Assembly: GCA_964445105.1 (NCBI GenBank)
Contig: CAYUJS010000006.1
Location: forward strand, 1 to 62,692
DNA length: 62,692 nt
Reading direction: 5' to 3'
DNA from: an uncultured bacterium
Lineage (GTDB): Bacteria > Chlamydiota > Chlamydiia > Chlamydiales > JAJFMA01
Made by a program: the position numbers and the translations under genes. Positions 47,441-57,531 of this stretch are shown here, one piece after another (positions within the stretch are counted from its first letter, which is position 1; the number at the start of each line of letters is the position of its first letter). The notes beneath the pieces were generated by a model. The model was not told where the DNA came from. It was given only the letters and a program-made list of their open reading frames with translations, and did not search any database.

Positions 47441-49038
47441 ACAACTGCTTGGCTTTTCGATCCGTCTCTGTAGTAGATACGCGTTGCAAACTCCGAGATA
47501 TTTCGATTTTTGGAGCTAAAATTGATCCCCATCAAAATCAGGTCTTTTTCACCTGTAGCATATCTGCGCGCGTAATCTTTCTGCTCAATTTGCTTTAGAG
47601 CGGTAGCGGCGTCTTTATTGAATTTAAATTCGATTACATAGAGGCAGCTTTGCATCTCTACAACTAGATCTATCCGTCCAACGTTTGTTTGTAATTCCGC
47701 TTGTACCCGCACGCCCATAGCCTCTAACATAATAAGGAAAATGGCGTGGTAAGAGGCTTCAGATTCTTGTGTGAACAGTGTGTTAGGGATTCTAGCAAAT
47801 AAAGAGCCAATAGTCTCAATAAACCGGAGAAATTTACGCTGTTCGAGCTGCTGCTTGCAATGCAAAGCAACCTCACCGACTCTCGAAATACCCAGGCCAC
47901 CGAATTTATGCACAAGAGTTTGAAAGAATGCCTCGCGCACCTCTCTGTTAGGAAAATCTAATTTGTAATGCCTGCTAGCCTCGTCGTACTCCTTGATCGT
48001 AAGATACCCGCCCTGCCACATGAGGGGAATCAGATCGAGCTGCATCAAGTCATCAAGCTCGAGGTAGTTACTATGCCCCGCCACTGGGCCACCAAAATCC
48101 ATAACAAGACTGGGCTGCTGGCGAACCCGTTGGACGAGAAGTGTAGGCGTGCCCGTTTCAAACCAGTAATTCTCCACTCTCCCGGTGTCCAAAAAATTCA
48201 AAGTAGAGTGGGGGTTGTAGACGGGCTCTGTGCCCCAAGCGAACCGATAACCATTATACCACTCTCGCATCTCCGCTAAAACTGTCGCCTCAGTTACACA
48301 GGCGACCCCTTTAAAGAGACGGTCCTCGGTCACTTTTTTTATGCGTTCGCTCAGAAATTCCTGTAGGTCAGAAGCTGTATAGCCCAACAGCGTGGCATAG
48401 TCTGGGTGAAGCGTAATGTCTTTCAGGTTATTAAACCCAGAAAAAAGCGATACCTTAGAAAACTTGGTGACACCTGTGGCGAATACAAATCGCAGTTGTT
48501 TATCGAGCCCCTTGAGCGTTCCGTAAAAATCCTTCAGTAAAATCTGATTGCCTTTGGCTATCTCGATGTTCTCAAGATGGTCGAGCAGAGGTTTGTCGTA
48601 CTCGTCAATCAAGACTACGACTGGGCCCAACTTAAAGAGCTCTTTAACCAGATTGACCAGTCCTTCTTGCAGACTCGGGCATTCAATAGAGATGTTGTAC
48701 GACGAGGCGGTGCTCTCTAAAACCCTCCGCAAGGCAGAGGCCAGCTCGTCGGTGTTTTTCGTGGGGATTGTCGCGAAATCGAAATAAATAACAGGATGTA
48801 TTTTCCAATCGTAATTTGTATTGAATATGTGACAATTCCTAAACAGCTCTGCATCACCCTTAAAAATCGCTTCGAGCGTGCTCAAAAGAAGCGACTTACC
48901 AAACCTGCGTGGGCGTGAAAAAAAGTAGTATTGGCCATCAGTGATTAATTTATAGATTAAATCGGTCTTGTCAACATATAGGTAATTTTGGTTAATAATT
49001 TTTTCAAAAGACTGAATGCCAACTGGTAATTTTTTCAT
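47404..49038 (-). CDS. AAA-ATPase-like / PD-(D/E)XK nuclease (DUF1703-type) protein
   Basis: KKLPVGIQSF, YVDKT, RPRRFGKSL, IDEYDKP, WYNGY, YWFETGTP, GRIDL...IEFK, ALKQI. Confidence 0.93.
   Translation of the reverse strand: MKKLPVGIQSFEKIINQNYLYVDKTDLIYKLITDGQYYFFSRPRRFGKSLLLSTLEAIFKGDAELFRNCHIFNTNYDWKIHPVIYFDFATIPTKNTDELASALRRVLESTASSYNISIECPSLQEGLVNLVKELFKLGPVVVLIDEYDKPLLDHLENIEIAKGNQILLKDFYGTLKGLDKQLRFVFATGVTKFSKVSLFSGFNNLKDITLHPDYATLLGYTASDLQEFLSERIKKVTEDRLFKGVACVTEATVLAEMREWYNGYRFAWGTEPVYNPHSTLNFLDTGRVENYWFETGTPTLLVQRVRQQPSLVMDFGGPVAGHSNYLELDDLMQLDLIPLMWQGGYLTIKEYDEASRHYKLDFPNREVREAFFQTLVHKFGGLGISRVGEVALHCKQQLEQRKFLRFIETIGSLFARIPNTLFTQESEASYHAIFLIMLEAMGVRVQAELQTNVGRIDLVVEMQSCLYVIEFKFNKDAATALKQIEQKDYARRYATGEKDLILMGINFSSKNRNISEFATRIYYRDGSKSQAVVQAPCFVLQNEA
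47408..47429. other. Perfect 22-bp palindrome in the 3' overlap of two convergent genes
   Basis: GCTTCGTTTTGCAAAACGAAGC. Confidence 0.8.
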
Positions 49039-49402
49039 TTCAGTTTCAACCTCTTTCGGTACCTTGGAATAAAAACAGCTACAGCCTTTGCGTAACAGCG
49101 CACTTGGAGAACTAAGTCTGGCGTTAGCACCGCAGAAGCTAGGCTTACTCCTGCTCACTAGCACGCGATCGTAAAAAATCTTGACCAAGAGCTACTGATT
49201 GTCTATCCTAGCATACTCGACGCTAATCAATCGAGCTTTTCAAAGCAAAGACAGCGCCTCTCCAAAAAGCAGAAATTGTCTGCCAAAAAGACGAATAATT
49301 TTAACTATTAGCTCTGCGCGAGAAGGCAAAAAGAGGCTAGCCACTACCCCAGAAACCGTTAGTTTTTTTTAGTGGGAGCTGTTGCATGATATTAATGTAC
49401 AA

Positions 49403-50965
49403 TCAGAACCCGTGATCCCCGCCGACCGCGCCTGGGAGATTTTCGATAAAATAGTAAGTCGACAAATAGGGGTTAGTAGAAATAGCTGTGCACCAGCCGG
49501 TTGAGTTCTGCAAAAACGCGGTTAGTTGCGCGTCTTGCACAACTTCTATCACCAAAAATCCATGGGGAGCAAGCGTGATCGTGCGCTCTAATTTGGTCGT
49601 ATCGCACTCGCGGAAGAAAGCCACCTGAACTGTTGCTGCCCTTGAATAGCTCCTCGCAGGCGAACTATTGATCAGCCAGACAGAGCCTTCAGGAAATACC
49701 GGTAGCCAGCGAAAGCAGTGTGGTTTTGCCTCCAAAGCGGGGTTGAATGGGTTTAGATTGGTGCAAATATTGCAGGGGAATGAGCCGTTGGACTGGCCTA
49801 CATCAAGGCCTAGTTTAATTCTGGAAGGGAACAGAGAGCCTGGCGCACGGTGCGCCAGCACTCTAGCTGTCAGGGTGCCTGCAGCCTCTAGGCCAAGCTT
49901 AGCACAAATAGTTTTCATCTCGATAGGGGCGAAACTAGCCCCCTGAGAGACCATTTTCACTACCCTCTCGCAGATCCCCAACCGCCGCCCACGGCAATCG
50001 TAGATCTCGACGTCGATATCAATTTCACTCGGCGAGTAGATGGGATAGAAATAGACATTTGTGAAACTGGCGCCTTCGATTTTTACCGGAACCATTAGGG
50101 AGGCATCATGCCAACCGGGGTCATCGGCAAACCAATAATCATCCTCTCTGTCGGCAGCTGTACAATCGTAATAGGTGTGCGTGATGCTCATGGAGGGAAT
50201 CGCGTGCTGCACATTGCCCACAAGCAGCCTGGGATAGATCCAAGCTACTTGCAAACCTATCTTAGCTGTACCTACCTCTCCCCCCAAAAACTGCACCAAA
50301 TCAGCATGCTGCGCAGGATAAAGCACCTTCGTTTCGCAAGGTCGTAGCGCTTCGATAGGCAGATCCATGCGTAGTTCTTGCTGAGCGCGATTGTAGACGA
50401 GGAGCGCAACTGTCTGCGCAGGCACCGGCTCGGGGCCGTTGACGAAGGCAACGAAGGGTTCCTTGTCTGCGCAGGCATAGAGATTGAAGCCAGCTTCTAG
50501 CACCACAGTCTGGTCGTTCGTGTGCCAGTCTTCATGGTCGTTGTAGATACGCTGTGCGGTGTGCACAACGGTGCTAAAGTGCTCTCCATAGTAGTTGATC
50601 ACTACAGCAGGATAGGGGAAAACTAGGTCCTGCCCACTGAAGAATTCAACCTCTATACTGCCCGTAAAATGCGCTTGACCTGCGGGGATCATCTCTGCCA
50701 ACTCTAGGCGATAGGCCCGCGGCTCGCAGATAGGCTCTACGCGGCGATACAACGACGTGCCGCTAGCGTCGCGCAACGTAGCAACTAGCGTAACGGTTTG
50801 AATTTCGCGCTTCAGTGCCCAGTAGCTCAAAAATAGCAAACGGCAGCCGATGCCTTCAGAGACCAGCACCGGAAAAATCGCAGAAGAGCGGAAGTTCGGC
50901 CTGCGTGCTAGAGGCCGCGACTGAGAGTTGAGCAGCGTTTCCAGATGTGCGCGATAGCTACGCAT
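49403..50965 (-). CDS. Hypothetical protein, 520 aa, beta-rich
   Basis: Long ORF 39 nt downstream of asnS with GGAG RBS; no family recognised. Confidence 0.8.
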   Translation of the reverse strand: MRSYRAHLETLLNSQSRPLARRPNFRSSAIFPVLVSEGIGCRLLFLSYWALKREIQTVTLVATLRDASGTSLYRRVEPICEPRAYRLELAEMIPAGQAHFTGSIEVEFFSGQDLVFPYPAVVINYYGEHFSTVVHTAQRIYNDHEDWHTNDQTVVLEAGFNLYACADKEPFVAFVNGPEPVPAQTVALLVYNRAQQELRMDLPIEALRPCETKVLYPAQHADLVQFLGGEVGTAKIGLQVAWIYPRLLVGNVQHAIPSMSITHTYYDCTAADREDDYWFADDPGWHDASLMVPVKIEGASFTNVYFYPIYSPSEIDIDVEIYDCRGRRLGICERVVKMVSQGASFAPIEMKTICAKLGLEAAGTLTARVLAHRAPGSLFPSRIKLGLDVGQSNGSFPCNICTNLNPFNPALEAKPHCFRWLPVFPEGSVWLINSSPARSYSRAATVQVAFFRECDTTKLERTITLAPHGFLVIEVVQDAQLTAFLQNSTGWCTAISTNPYLSTYYFIENLPGAVGGDHGF

Positions 50966-51004
50966 AGCTGAGGACTCCCGGCTTAATAGCCATGTTAGAA
51001 GAGG

Positions 51005-52405
51005 TTAAAACTCTGCGTGTCCCGGGTATCTTGGAAAAGCGCAGATGTCTCTGATGTTTTCCATACCGGTGAGAAAGCCGACCAATCGCTCGAAGCCCAC
51101 GCCATAACCCGAATGGGGTACGGAGCCGTACTTGCGCAGCTCCAGGTACCACCAGTAGTTAGCGGGATCGAGTTGGTTGTCATGCAGCTTTTTTTCCAGT
51201 ACATCAAGACGCTCTTCCCGCTGGCTGCCTCCGATAATTTCACCAACGCGTGGGACGAGTACATCCATAGCGGCAACGGTTTTATCATCCTCGTTGTTAC
51301 GCATGTAGAAGGCTTTGATGCCTCGAGGGTAGTCGGAAACAATCAAAGGACCTTTCACTACCTCTTCCGTCAGGTAGCGCTCATGTTCAGATTGCAGATC
51401 AGTCCCCCATTGAACGGAAAACTCGAAGACCTTACCGGATTTAGTCAAAATGTCCACTGCTTTCGTATAGGTCAAGCGCTCAAACGGCGTCTGCACAATC
51501 TTTTGCAGGCGCGCGATCTGTCCTTCGGCAATAAATTTATCAAAAAATTCCATATCTTCCGCGCAATGTTCCAGCACGTATTTGATGACATACTTTAGCA
51601 AGCTTTCGGCATTTTCCATGTTGTCGTAAATATCTGCAAAAGCCATTTCTGGCTCGATCATCCAGAATTCTGCCACGTGCCGCGCAGTATTGGAGTTTTC
51701 TGCCCTGAAGGTGGGCCCAAAGGTATAAATATCCGACAGAGCACAGGCGAAGATCTCCCCGTTGAGCTGTCCAGACACGGTTAAGAAAGCGGGTTTGGAA
51801 AAAAAATCTTTGGAATAGTCAGCTTTGCCTTCCAGTGTCTTTGGCACGCTGTCTGGATTGAACGCAGTTACATGAAACATCTCTCCTGCCCCTTCACAGT
51901 CGGATGCGGTTATGATCGGCGTCTGCACGTAAAGGAAGCCTCGTTCCTGGTAGAAGCGATGCGTGGCTAAAGCCACAGCGCTGCGCACGCGCGCCACCGC
52001 CCCTAACGTGTTCGTACGGGGGCGCAGGTGCGCAATGCTGCGCAAAAATTCGAACGAATGGCGTTTCTTTTGTAGGGGGTAAGTTTCAGGATCACAGGCG
52101 CCGATCACTTGCAACGCCGTGGCGTGGAGTTCTCGTTGTTGATTTTTGCCCGGGCTAGCACTCACTTTACCGGTCACGACCAATGAGGCGCCCGTGGTCA
52201 GTTCCGCAGGTAGCTCTCCGTTGTAAACAACCTGAAAGTTAGAAACGGTCGAACCGTCGTTTACTTCGATGAAGGTAAAATTCTTTTGCGCGCGCACCGT
52301 ACGCACCCACCCTTTGATGGTGACAGTTTGCCCTTCCCAATCTGGAGACTGTTTGAGGGCGCGTATTTTGACACGTGGCTCACGCGCGTTTGCTAACTGT
52401 TCCAT
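51005..52405 (-). CDS. asnS: Asparagine-tRNA ligase
   Basis: [59 protein letters not shown]. Confidence 0.97.
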   Translation of the reverse strand: MEQLANAREPRVKIRALKQSPDWEGQTVTIKGWVRTVRAQKNFTFIEVNDGSTVSNFQVVYNGELPAELTTGASLVVTGKVSASPGKNQQRELHATALQVIGACDPETYPLQKKRHSFEFLRSIAHLRPRTNTLGAVARVRSAVALATHRFYQERGFLYVQTPIITASDCEGAGEMFHVTAFNPDSVPKTLEGKADYSKDFFSKPAFLTVSGQLNGEIFACALSDIYTFGPTFRAENSNTARHVAEFWMIEPEMAFADIYDNMENAESLLKYVIKYVLEHCAEDMEFFDKFIAEGQIARLQKIVQTPFERLTYTKAVDILTKSGKVFEFSVQWGTDLQSEHERYLTEEVVKGPLIVSDYPRGIKAFYMRNNEDDKTVAAMDVLVPRVGEIIGGSQREERLDVLEKKLHDNQLDPANYWWYLELRKYGSVPHSGYGVGFERLVGFLTGMENIRDICAFPRYPGHAEF

Positions 52406-52406
52406 G

Positions 52407-53285
52407 TTACTCCCCTGCCTTGGCAAATTCTCTTAATTGTTTAATTTCTGTTTCCCATAATTCTAGTCCTCCCGGCGTCTCGAGGTATTTGGGAAGCTCA
52501 CGTGTGCGCGGGTCGGTCATCAACCATGCAAAGCAGTCCATGCCGATTTGCCCCTTGCCCAAGGGTTGATGGCGATCTACTTTCGAGCCTAATCCCTTTA
52601 GAGAGTCATTAAGATGGAAGGCAAAGAGCTTCTCCAGCCCAATGACGCGATCAAACTCTTTGATCGTCTTATCACAAGCTGCGGGTGTGCGCAAGTCATA
52701 TCCAGCAGCAAAAATGTGACATGTGTCGATGCAGACACCTACGCGCACTCGTTTCTCTACGCGCTCGAGGATGTAGGCTACCTGCTCAAAGGTGTGCCCT
52801 ACGCATGAGCCTTGCCCTGCCGTCATCTCCAGCAGTAAGCGCAGCTGGCTGCCTTCTAGCAAAGACTCGTACTCTAATAAGCTTTCGGCAATCAGATCGA
52901 GGCACTGTTGTGGATCCTCTTTTAAAGCGGCGCCGGGGTGAAAATTTAAATAAGCGACGTCGAGCGTCAAGCAGCGCTTGATTTCCTCGGCGAAAGTGCG
53001 TCGGCTCTTAGCCAAATTTTCTGCATCTGGCGCACCCAAGTTAATCAGGTAGCTGTCGTGACTCATCACTTGCTGTAGACCGGTCTCTTTCTTTGTGAGG
53101 TGCCAGGACTTAATCGCCTCGTCATCCAGCCCCTTGCTCTGCCACTGTCTCTGGTTAGCGGTAAACAATTGAATAGTCGTCGCGCCGATTTTACGGCCGT
53201 CGAATAAGGCGTTATACAAGCCGCCTGCACCTGATACATGCGCTCCGATCAGTAGTTTTTCTGCTGGTGTTTTTTTCTTCGTCAT
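52407..53285 (-). CDS. nfo: Endonuclease IV
   Basis: [49 protein letters not shown]. Confidence 0.97.
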   Translation of the reverse strand: MTKKKTPAEKLLIGAHVSGAGGLYNALFDGRKIGATTIQLFTANQRQWQSKGLDDEAIKSWHLTKKETGLQQVMSHDSYLINLGAPDAENLAKSRRTFAEEIKRCLTLDVAYLNFHPGAALKEDPQQCLDLIAESLLEYESLLEGSQLRLLLEMTAGQGSCVGHTFEQVAYILERVEKRVRVGVCIDTCHIFAAGYDLRTPAACDKTIKEFDRVIGLEKLFAFHLNDSLKGLGSKVDRHQPLGKGQIGMDCFAWLMTDPRTRELPKYLETPGGLELWETEIKQLREFAKAGE

Positions 53286-53427
53286 CCTAATCACCCCTCT
53301 CTCAACAAAAGGCGAGTGTAACAGGAAGCCGACCATTCGAGCAAATAGAGCCGCTGAAAATTGATGGAGATTAAAGCTTCAACGGTTAACATGTCTGTCC
53401 GATCGTGCCCAAAATGAGTCGATATAC

Positions 53428-54174
53428 ATGATGGATCGTGCTTTTTACGGTACTCTGAAAGATTTTTGGTACACGTCACAAAACCACTCTATCGCCTTAC
53501 TTAGAGCAAAAAATGCCGCTCGCACCCGCTGGGTCATCAGACAAATCGCAAGCCATTTTTGGACACAGGCTAGGGTGCTAGATATAAGTTGTGGAGCCGG
53601 TTGGCTGGCGAATTCTTTAGCACTGCAAGGGTATGAAGTCATCGGCTTAGATGGCTCAGCTGCTAATCTGGCTATCGCGCGCAAATATGACGCCACCAAT
53701 AAAGTAAAATACCTCCTAGCCGACCCTAGCGAGTTGCCTTTGCCCGACGCCAGCGTAGAGGTGGTCTGTGCCATGGACATCCTCGAACATGTGCCGGATC
53801 CGGTGAAAATTATTGAGGAGGCGCAGCGAGTACTACGGCCCGGTGGGTTATTTTTGTTCCACACCTACAACCGCAACCTGCTAAGTTACCTGTTTGTGAT
53901 CAAATGTATGGAGCATTTCGTTCGCAACGCTCCCTGTCAAAAACACAGCTATCAACGCTTCATCAAGCCAAAAGAGCTGAGCCAAATGTGCCAACGACAC
54001 GGGCTTAAGCTTAACCATCTAGTAGGTTTTCAACCCAATGTCCGCGGTCACGCTTTCTGGAAGCTGCTACGCACCCGCCTCATCCCGAACGATCTAGAAT
54101 TTGTTTTTTGCAAGAGTTTACTAATGGGGTACAGCGGTGTCGCAAAGAAGGAGCGGCTAAAGAAGGAATGCTAA
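53428..54174 (+). CDS. UbiG-like class I SAM-dependent methyltransferase
   Basis: LRAKNAAR..W, VLDISCGAG, MDILEHV, RVLRPGG, FIKPKEL. Confidence 0.85.
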   Translation: MMDRAFYGTLKDFWYTSQNHSIALLRAKNAARTRWVIRQIASHFWTQARVLDISCGAGWLANSLALQGYEVIGLDGSAANLAIARKYDATNKVKYLLADPSELPLPDASVEVVCAMDILEHVPDPVKIIEEAQRVLRPGGLFLFHTYNRNLLSYLFVIKCMEHFVRNAPCQKHSYQRFIKPKELSQMCQRHGLKLNHLVGFQPNVRGHAFWKLLRTRLIPNDLEFVFCKSLLMGYSGVAKKERLKKEC

Positions 54175-55406
54175 AGGAGCTTCCAAGGGATAGTAAGCGG
54201 CATCTCATCGATTGGATAGGCTTGGTCGCCGGCGTAGATGACGAACCCGGGCATCACTTCATTGTTAGCGTAAGTGTACCGGAAGGCTTTGGGGCCTCTC
54301 AGGTCACCTTTAGTCAGATTAGTTTTACATTTAATTTCGATCGGATACAGCCTCCCACCCCGCTCTAGAAAAAGATCAACTTCAGCACCGCCCGATGTGC
54401 GCCAATGGTAAGCATTTGGGGGCACTGCGAGCGTAGCAAACTGCTGGTGGATGCAGTTTCACCATCCAAGTCTCGAAGAGAGCGCCTGGCTTCGGATTGA
54501 CCGCTAAGCTTTGCGGGGATTCAACTTTTTGCAGGTAGCAAGCAAAACCAGAGTCTTTCAAGTATCCCTTTTTCTTTCCGCTAATACGCTTAATCGTATT
54601 GCCGTGGTAAGGCGGAAGCTCAGACGATTGATAGGTAAAGAAGAGCAAATCCAGCCATCGCCTAGCCTTGTAGGGGAGATGCCAATTTTACGACCGATTT
54701 GCCAAGAGTTGATCTCCTGCGCGGTTAAAGAGGCGCTCATTCCTAAAAACCGATCGAACTCTGCAAGCTGCCGAATATCTTTCTGTGGCCTAACATCATG
54801 GTCGAAACAGTCCTGTAAATAGGATCTAAAGTAGCGGAGAATCTGCGAAGAAGGAAGAGTAATCGTCGCATGAAAGGTACCGCGAAAAAGAAATTCCACT
54901 AGTGAGGGGAATCAAGGTGACAGGGTATTTCGCTGGGCATAAAACGCTTTGGGCTCGCGCAGCTGGTGGGGAAGCCATCCTTGCTTCGACTCCCGCCCCC
55001 ATCATTTCTTGCGGGGGAAGTTATCCAAGTAAAAAATGCCAAGCGACCCGCCATGCTCTCAGCAATCGTGCGCAGCATACTAAAATTTTGCGAGCCGATC
55101 AAAAAATACTGCCCCTTAGCGTCGCTCAAGGTCCATGCGCCGCTTTAAAGCTACCGGCAGCTCCAGCGCGTACTGCATTTCATCGAAGGTCAAAGGCGCA
55201 GGAAAAGTGTCCAGAAAAAAGCCGGGATCCTGCCGGGCATTGAAAATATATTAAATAGGATCAAATACGATGATTTGCGTGCGCGGAAACAGATGCGTAA
55301 GAAGAGTACTTTTGCCCGCTTTGCCCGCACCCAGAAGAAAGATGGCTTTGAAGTACTTAACAGATTCTAGAATCTGTGCTTCGAGATGGCGAGACAAATA
55401 ACGCAT
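54171..55406 (-). pseudogene. Fragmented AAA_14/DUF4143 ATPase
   Basis: ATG 55406 MRYLSRHLE..GAGKAGKSTLL; TAA at 55251-55253; FDEMQY, GSQN..ESMAGR, KGYLKDSG, AEVDL..PIEIK spread over several frames. Confidence 0.9.
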
Positions 55407-55564
55407 ATACCTTGTAGATCAGGGATGCTACTGCAATTTTGCAAGGGTTAAAATCCCAAAAATCCTGCGTAAAAGCGGCAGCCTTTAAGCATTTTCGGCT
55501 ACTATTGAACAATAATCGGAATCCACCTATCCTCACCTATTTATCCTCTACAGTAGAGCTGGGC

Positions 55565-57367
55565 ATGATCGACCGATTTGTTAACGCCGTTTCATCTAAG
55601 GACCTAAGTTGGCGCCCTACATGTATAAGACACCAGACCATCAGCGCGCTGGTAGATGCGATCTCAAGGGGCGGTTTGATCGGCCATTGCGCGCTGATTG
55701 AGCGCGACATGCTTCTCGGCGTGCATCGGCTTAATCTAGCCCAGCACCAGCACGAAGCAATAGAAACCACTGTCGAGTATGCCAGCGAGGTTTTTGGAAA
55801 AACAATTCCCGGTAAATGGGCGCATCTCGTCTTGTATAGCCCGCACCTGCTCGGGCTGGCAGCGTCAGTCATCGATAAGCGAAATCACCCACATGTCAAG
55901 AGCACGATTGTCTTGGCGCAAAAACAGATCTTGAACCTCTGCCAGGCGATCACAGTTGCCATCGCTGCGCGCCAAATTTTTCGACGAGATTACTCAGGCT
56001 TTGTAGTGATCGCTTGTCTCGTTGCAGCTTGGGCTGCGCGCAATGAGTGGATTTCGCCCAAAGCAGGCGATCTGCTGGATGAAAGCTTTGGGCTGATTTC
56101 CGGAGCCTATACCATTTACTCAGGCAATCTCCTCGACCGCAGCCTGGCCACCTTACGCATGGTCGATCAATTATGGCAGCGGCTGCCGACCCACCCAAAA
56201 CAAGATATGCAAGGGGTGCTAGAGCATGGAATTGACGAGATCCACCTCACCGCCCCCAAGGAATCGTCAGAGCCCTTAACAGCAGACTTTAAACAACTTG
56301 AAGCATGGTTCGCTGAGTGGAAAAGATCGGTACCCCAAGACGAGCTCGCATTAAAAATAACGCAGAATGATACAAAAGCGAAACTTGGCCAAGAAGCTCA
56401 GTCAGCCCATTATGCGACACACCTACTATGGAAGTTAGCTTGGGAGGATAAGCCCTGGCGCGAAAACCATTCCAATCAAAGCACCGCAGAACTCATCGAC
56501 CACGTTGAGATCGGTCTGAAAAATTTTGTCCAAAGGATAGAGGGCAAACCGCAGACAGATGAGTTACGGCAAAAAGTCGCTTTTGCTGTGCAAGTCATGC
56601 AAAACGCCGAAGTGCCTTTAAGCCAACTTGAAAAAGTGTTTCTGTTTGGCCTCTGTCAGTATCATTGTCCCCAAGGCGTGCGCGATGAAACCGATGGCAT
56701 ACATTCTATGTGCATGGGCGAATTGCCTGTGCTTTCTGAGGATAAGCAGCTGGCAATTGCGAGGGTCTTGAAATCCCAGCGTCAGTACCTATTCCTTTCT
56801 TTTGTTCAGCAGGTCTACCGCGCATTTTCTTTACGCGGCGTACTGCCTAAGGCTTGGTTGCCAGAGAAAGAGGCACCCAATTTTTGGCTGGACTTTTCCC
56901 TGATGCAGCTATTTTTGGGAGATCGCGACGACCCCCACGCAGAAGATCTGTTTAAAGATCTTGTTGGCGAAGACTTTTTCTTGCATGGCATAGCCCACGC
57001 CCGCGCCCATCTGCCTTTCGAACACCGCTCCGGCCCGGTCTGGCGTACAATCTGGAAGCTCGTCTGGCGTATGCGCGGAATGAACGCTGTTAGGCAGTTA
57101 CGTGAAGGCTACACCAAGGAAGCGCTGGTGACTGCCATCGCCGACCTCATCAAATCGGAAGTCACTACAGCTAAGCAAGCCCAACGAGATCAGTGGGAAA
57201 ACTGGTTAAAAGAATCAGGCAAGTTTAGTGGCTGGCACAACTGTGTGGAGCTACGAGCTAGCTCAGTTAAGAAAGAGCAAGAAGATGAAGAGCAATATGA
57301 CCTTAAGCAGCCTTACGCCTTATTGCTAGCAGAACGAGAGCTTAGGGAAGCTGGCATTCTGTCCTAA
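55565..57367 (+). CDS. Hypothetical membrane-associated protein, candidate effector
   Basis: ~600-aa ORF, hydrophobic segments in the first third, helical remainder; no family recognised. Confidence 0.7.
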   Translation: MIDRFVNAVSSKDLSWRPTCIRHQTISALVDAISRGGLIGHCALIERDMLLGVHRLNLAQHQHEAIETTVEYASEVFGKTIPGKWAHLVLYSPHLLGLAASVIDKRNHPHVKSTIVLAQKQILNLCQAITVAIAARQIFRRDYSGFVVIACLVAAWAARNEWISPKAGDLLDESFGLISGAYTIYSGNLLDRSLATLRMVDQLWQRLPTHPKQDMQGVLEHGIDEIHLTAPKESSEPLTADFKQLEAWFAEWKRSVPQDELALKITQNDTKAKLGQEAQSAHYATHLLWKLAWEDKPWRENHSNQSTAELIDHVEIGLKNFVQRIEGKPQTDELRQKVAFAVQVMQNAEVPLSQLEKVFLFGLCQYHCPQGVRDETDGIHSMCMGELPVLSEDKQLAIARVLKSQRQYLFLSFVQQVYRAFSLRGVLPKAWLPEKEAPNFWLDFSLMQLFLGDRDDPHAEDLFKDLVGEDFFLHGIAHARAHLPFEHRSGPVWRTIWKLVWRMRGMNAVRQLREGYTKEALVTAIADLIKSEVTTAKQAQRDQWENWLKESGKFSGWHNCVELRASSVKKEQEDEEQYDLKQPYALLLAERELREAGILS

Positions 57368-57531
57368 CAGCCAGCATTTTTGCTAAAAAAGAGCGGGCTT
57401 AGCCAGGGACGGTAGGTTTAGTTGGTAGCAAATTCGTGCCTTAGTTCTGGTAAATGTCTGTTTGCTGTTTTTAGTAGAAATTCTTGGTTTAGGACTGGAG
57501 AAATTTACAACTTCTAGACAGAATATGGGGT

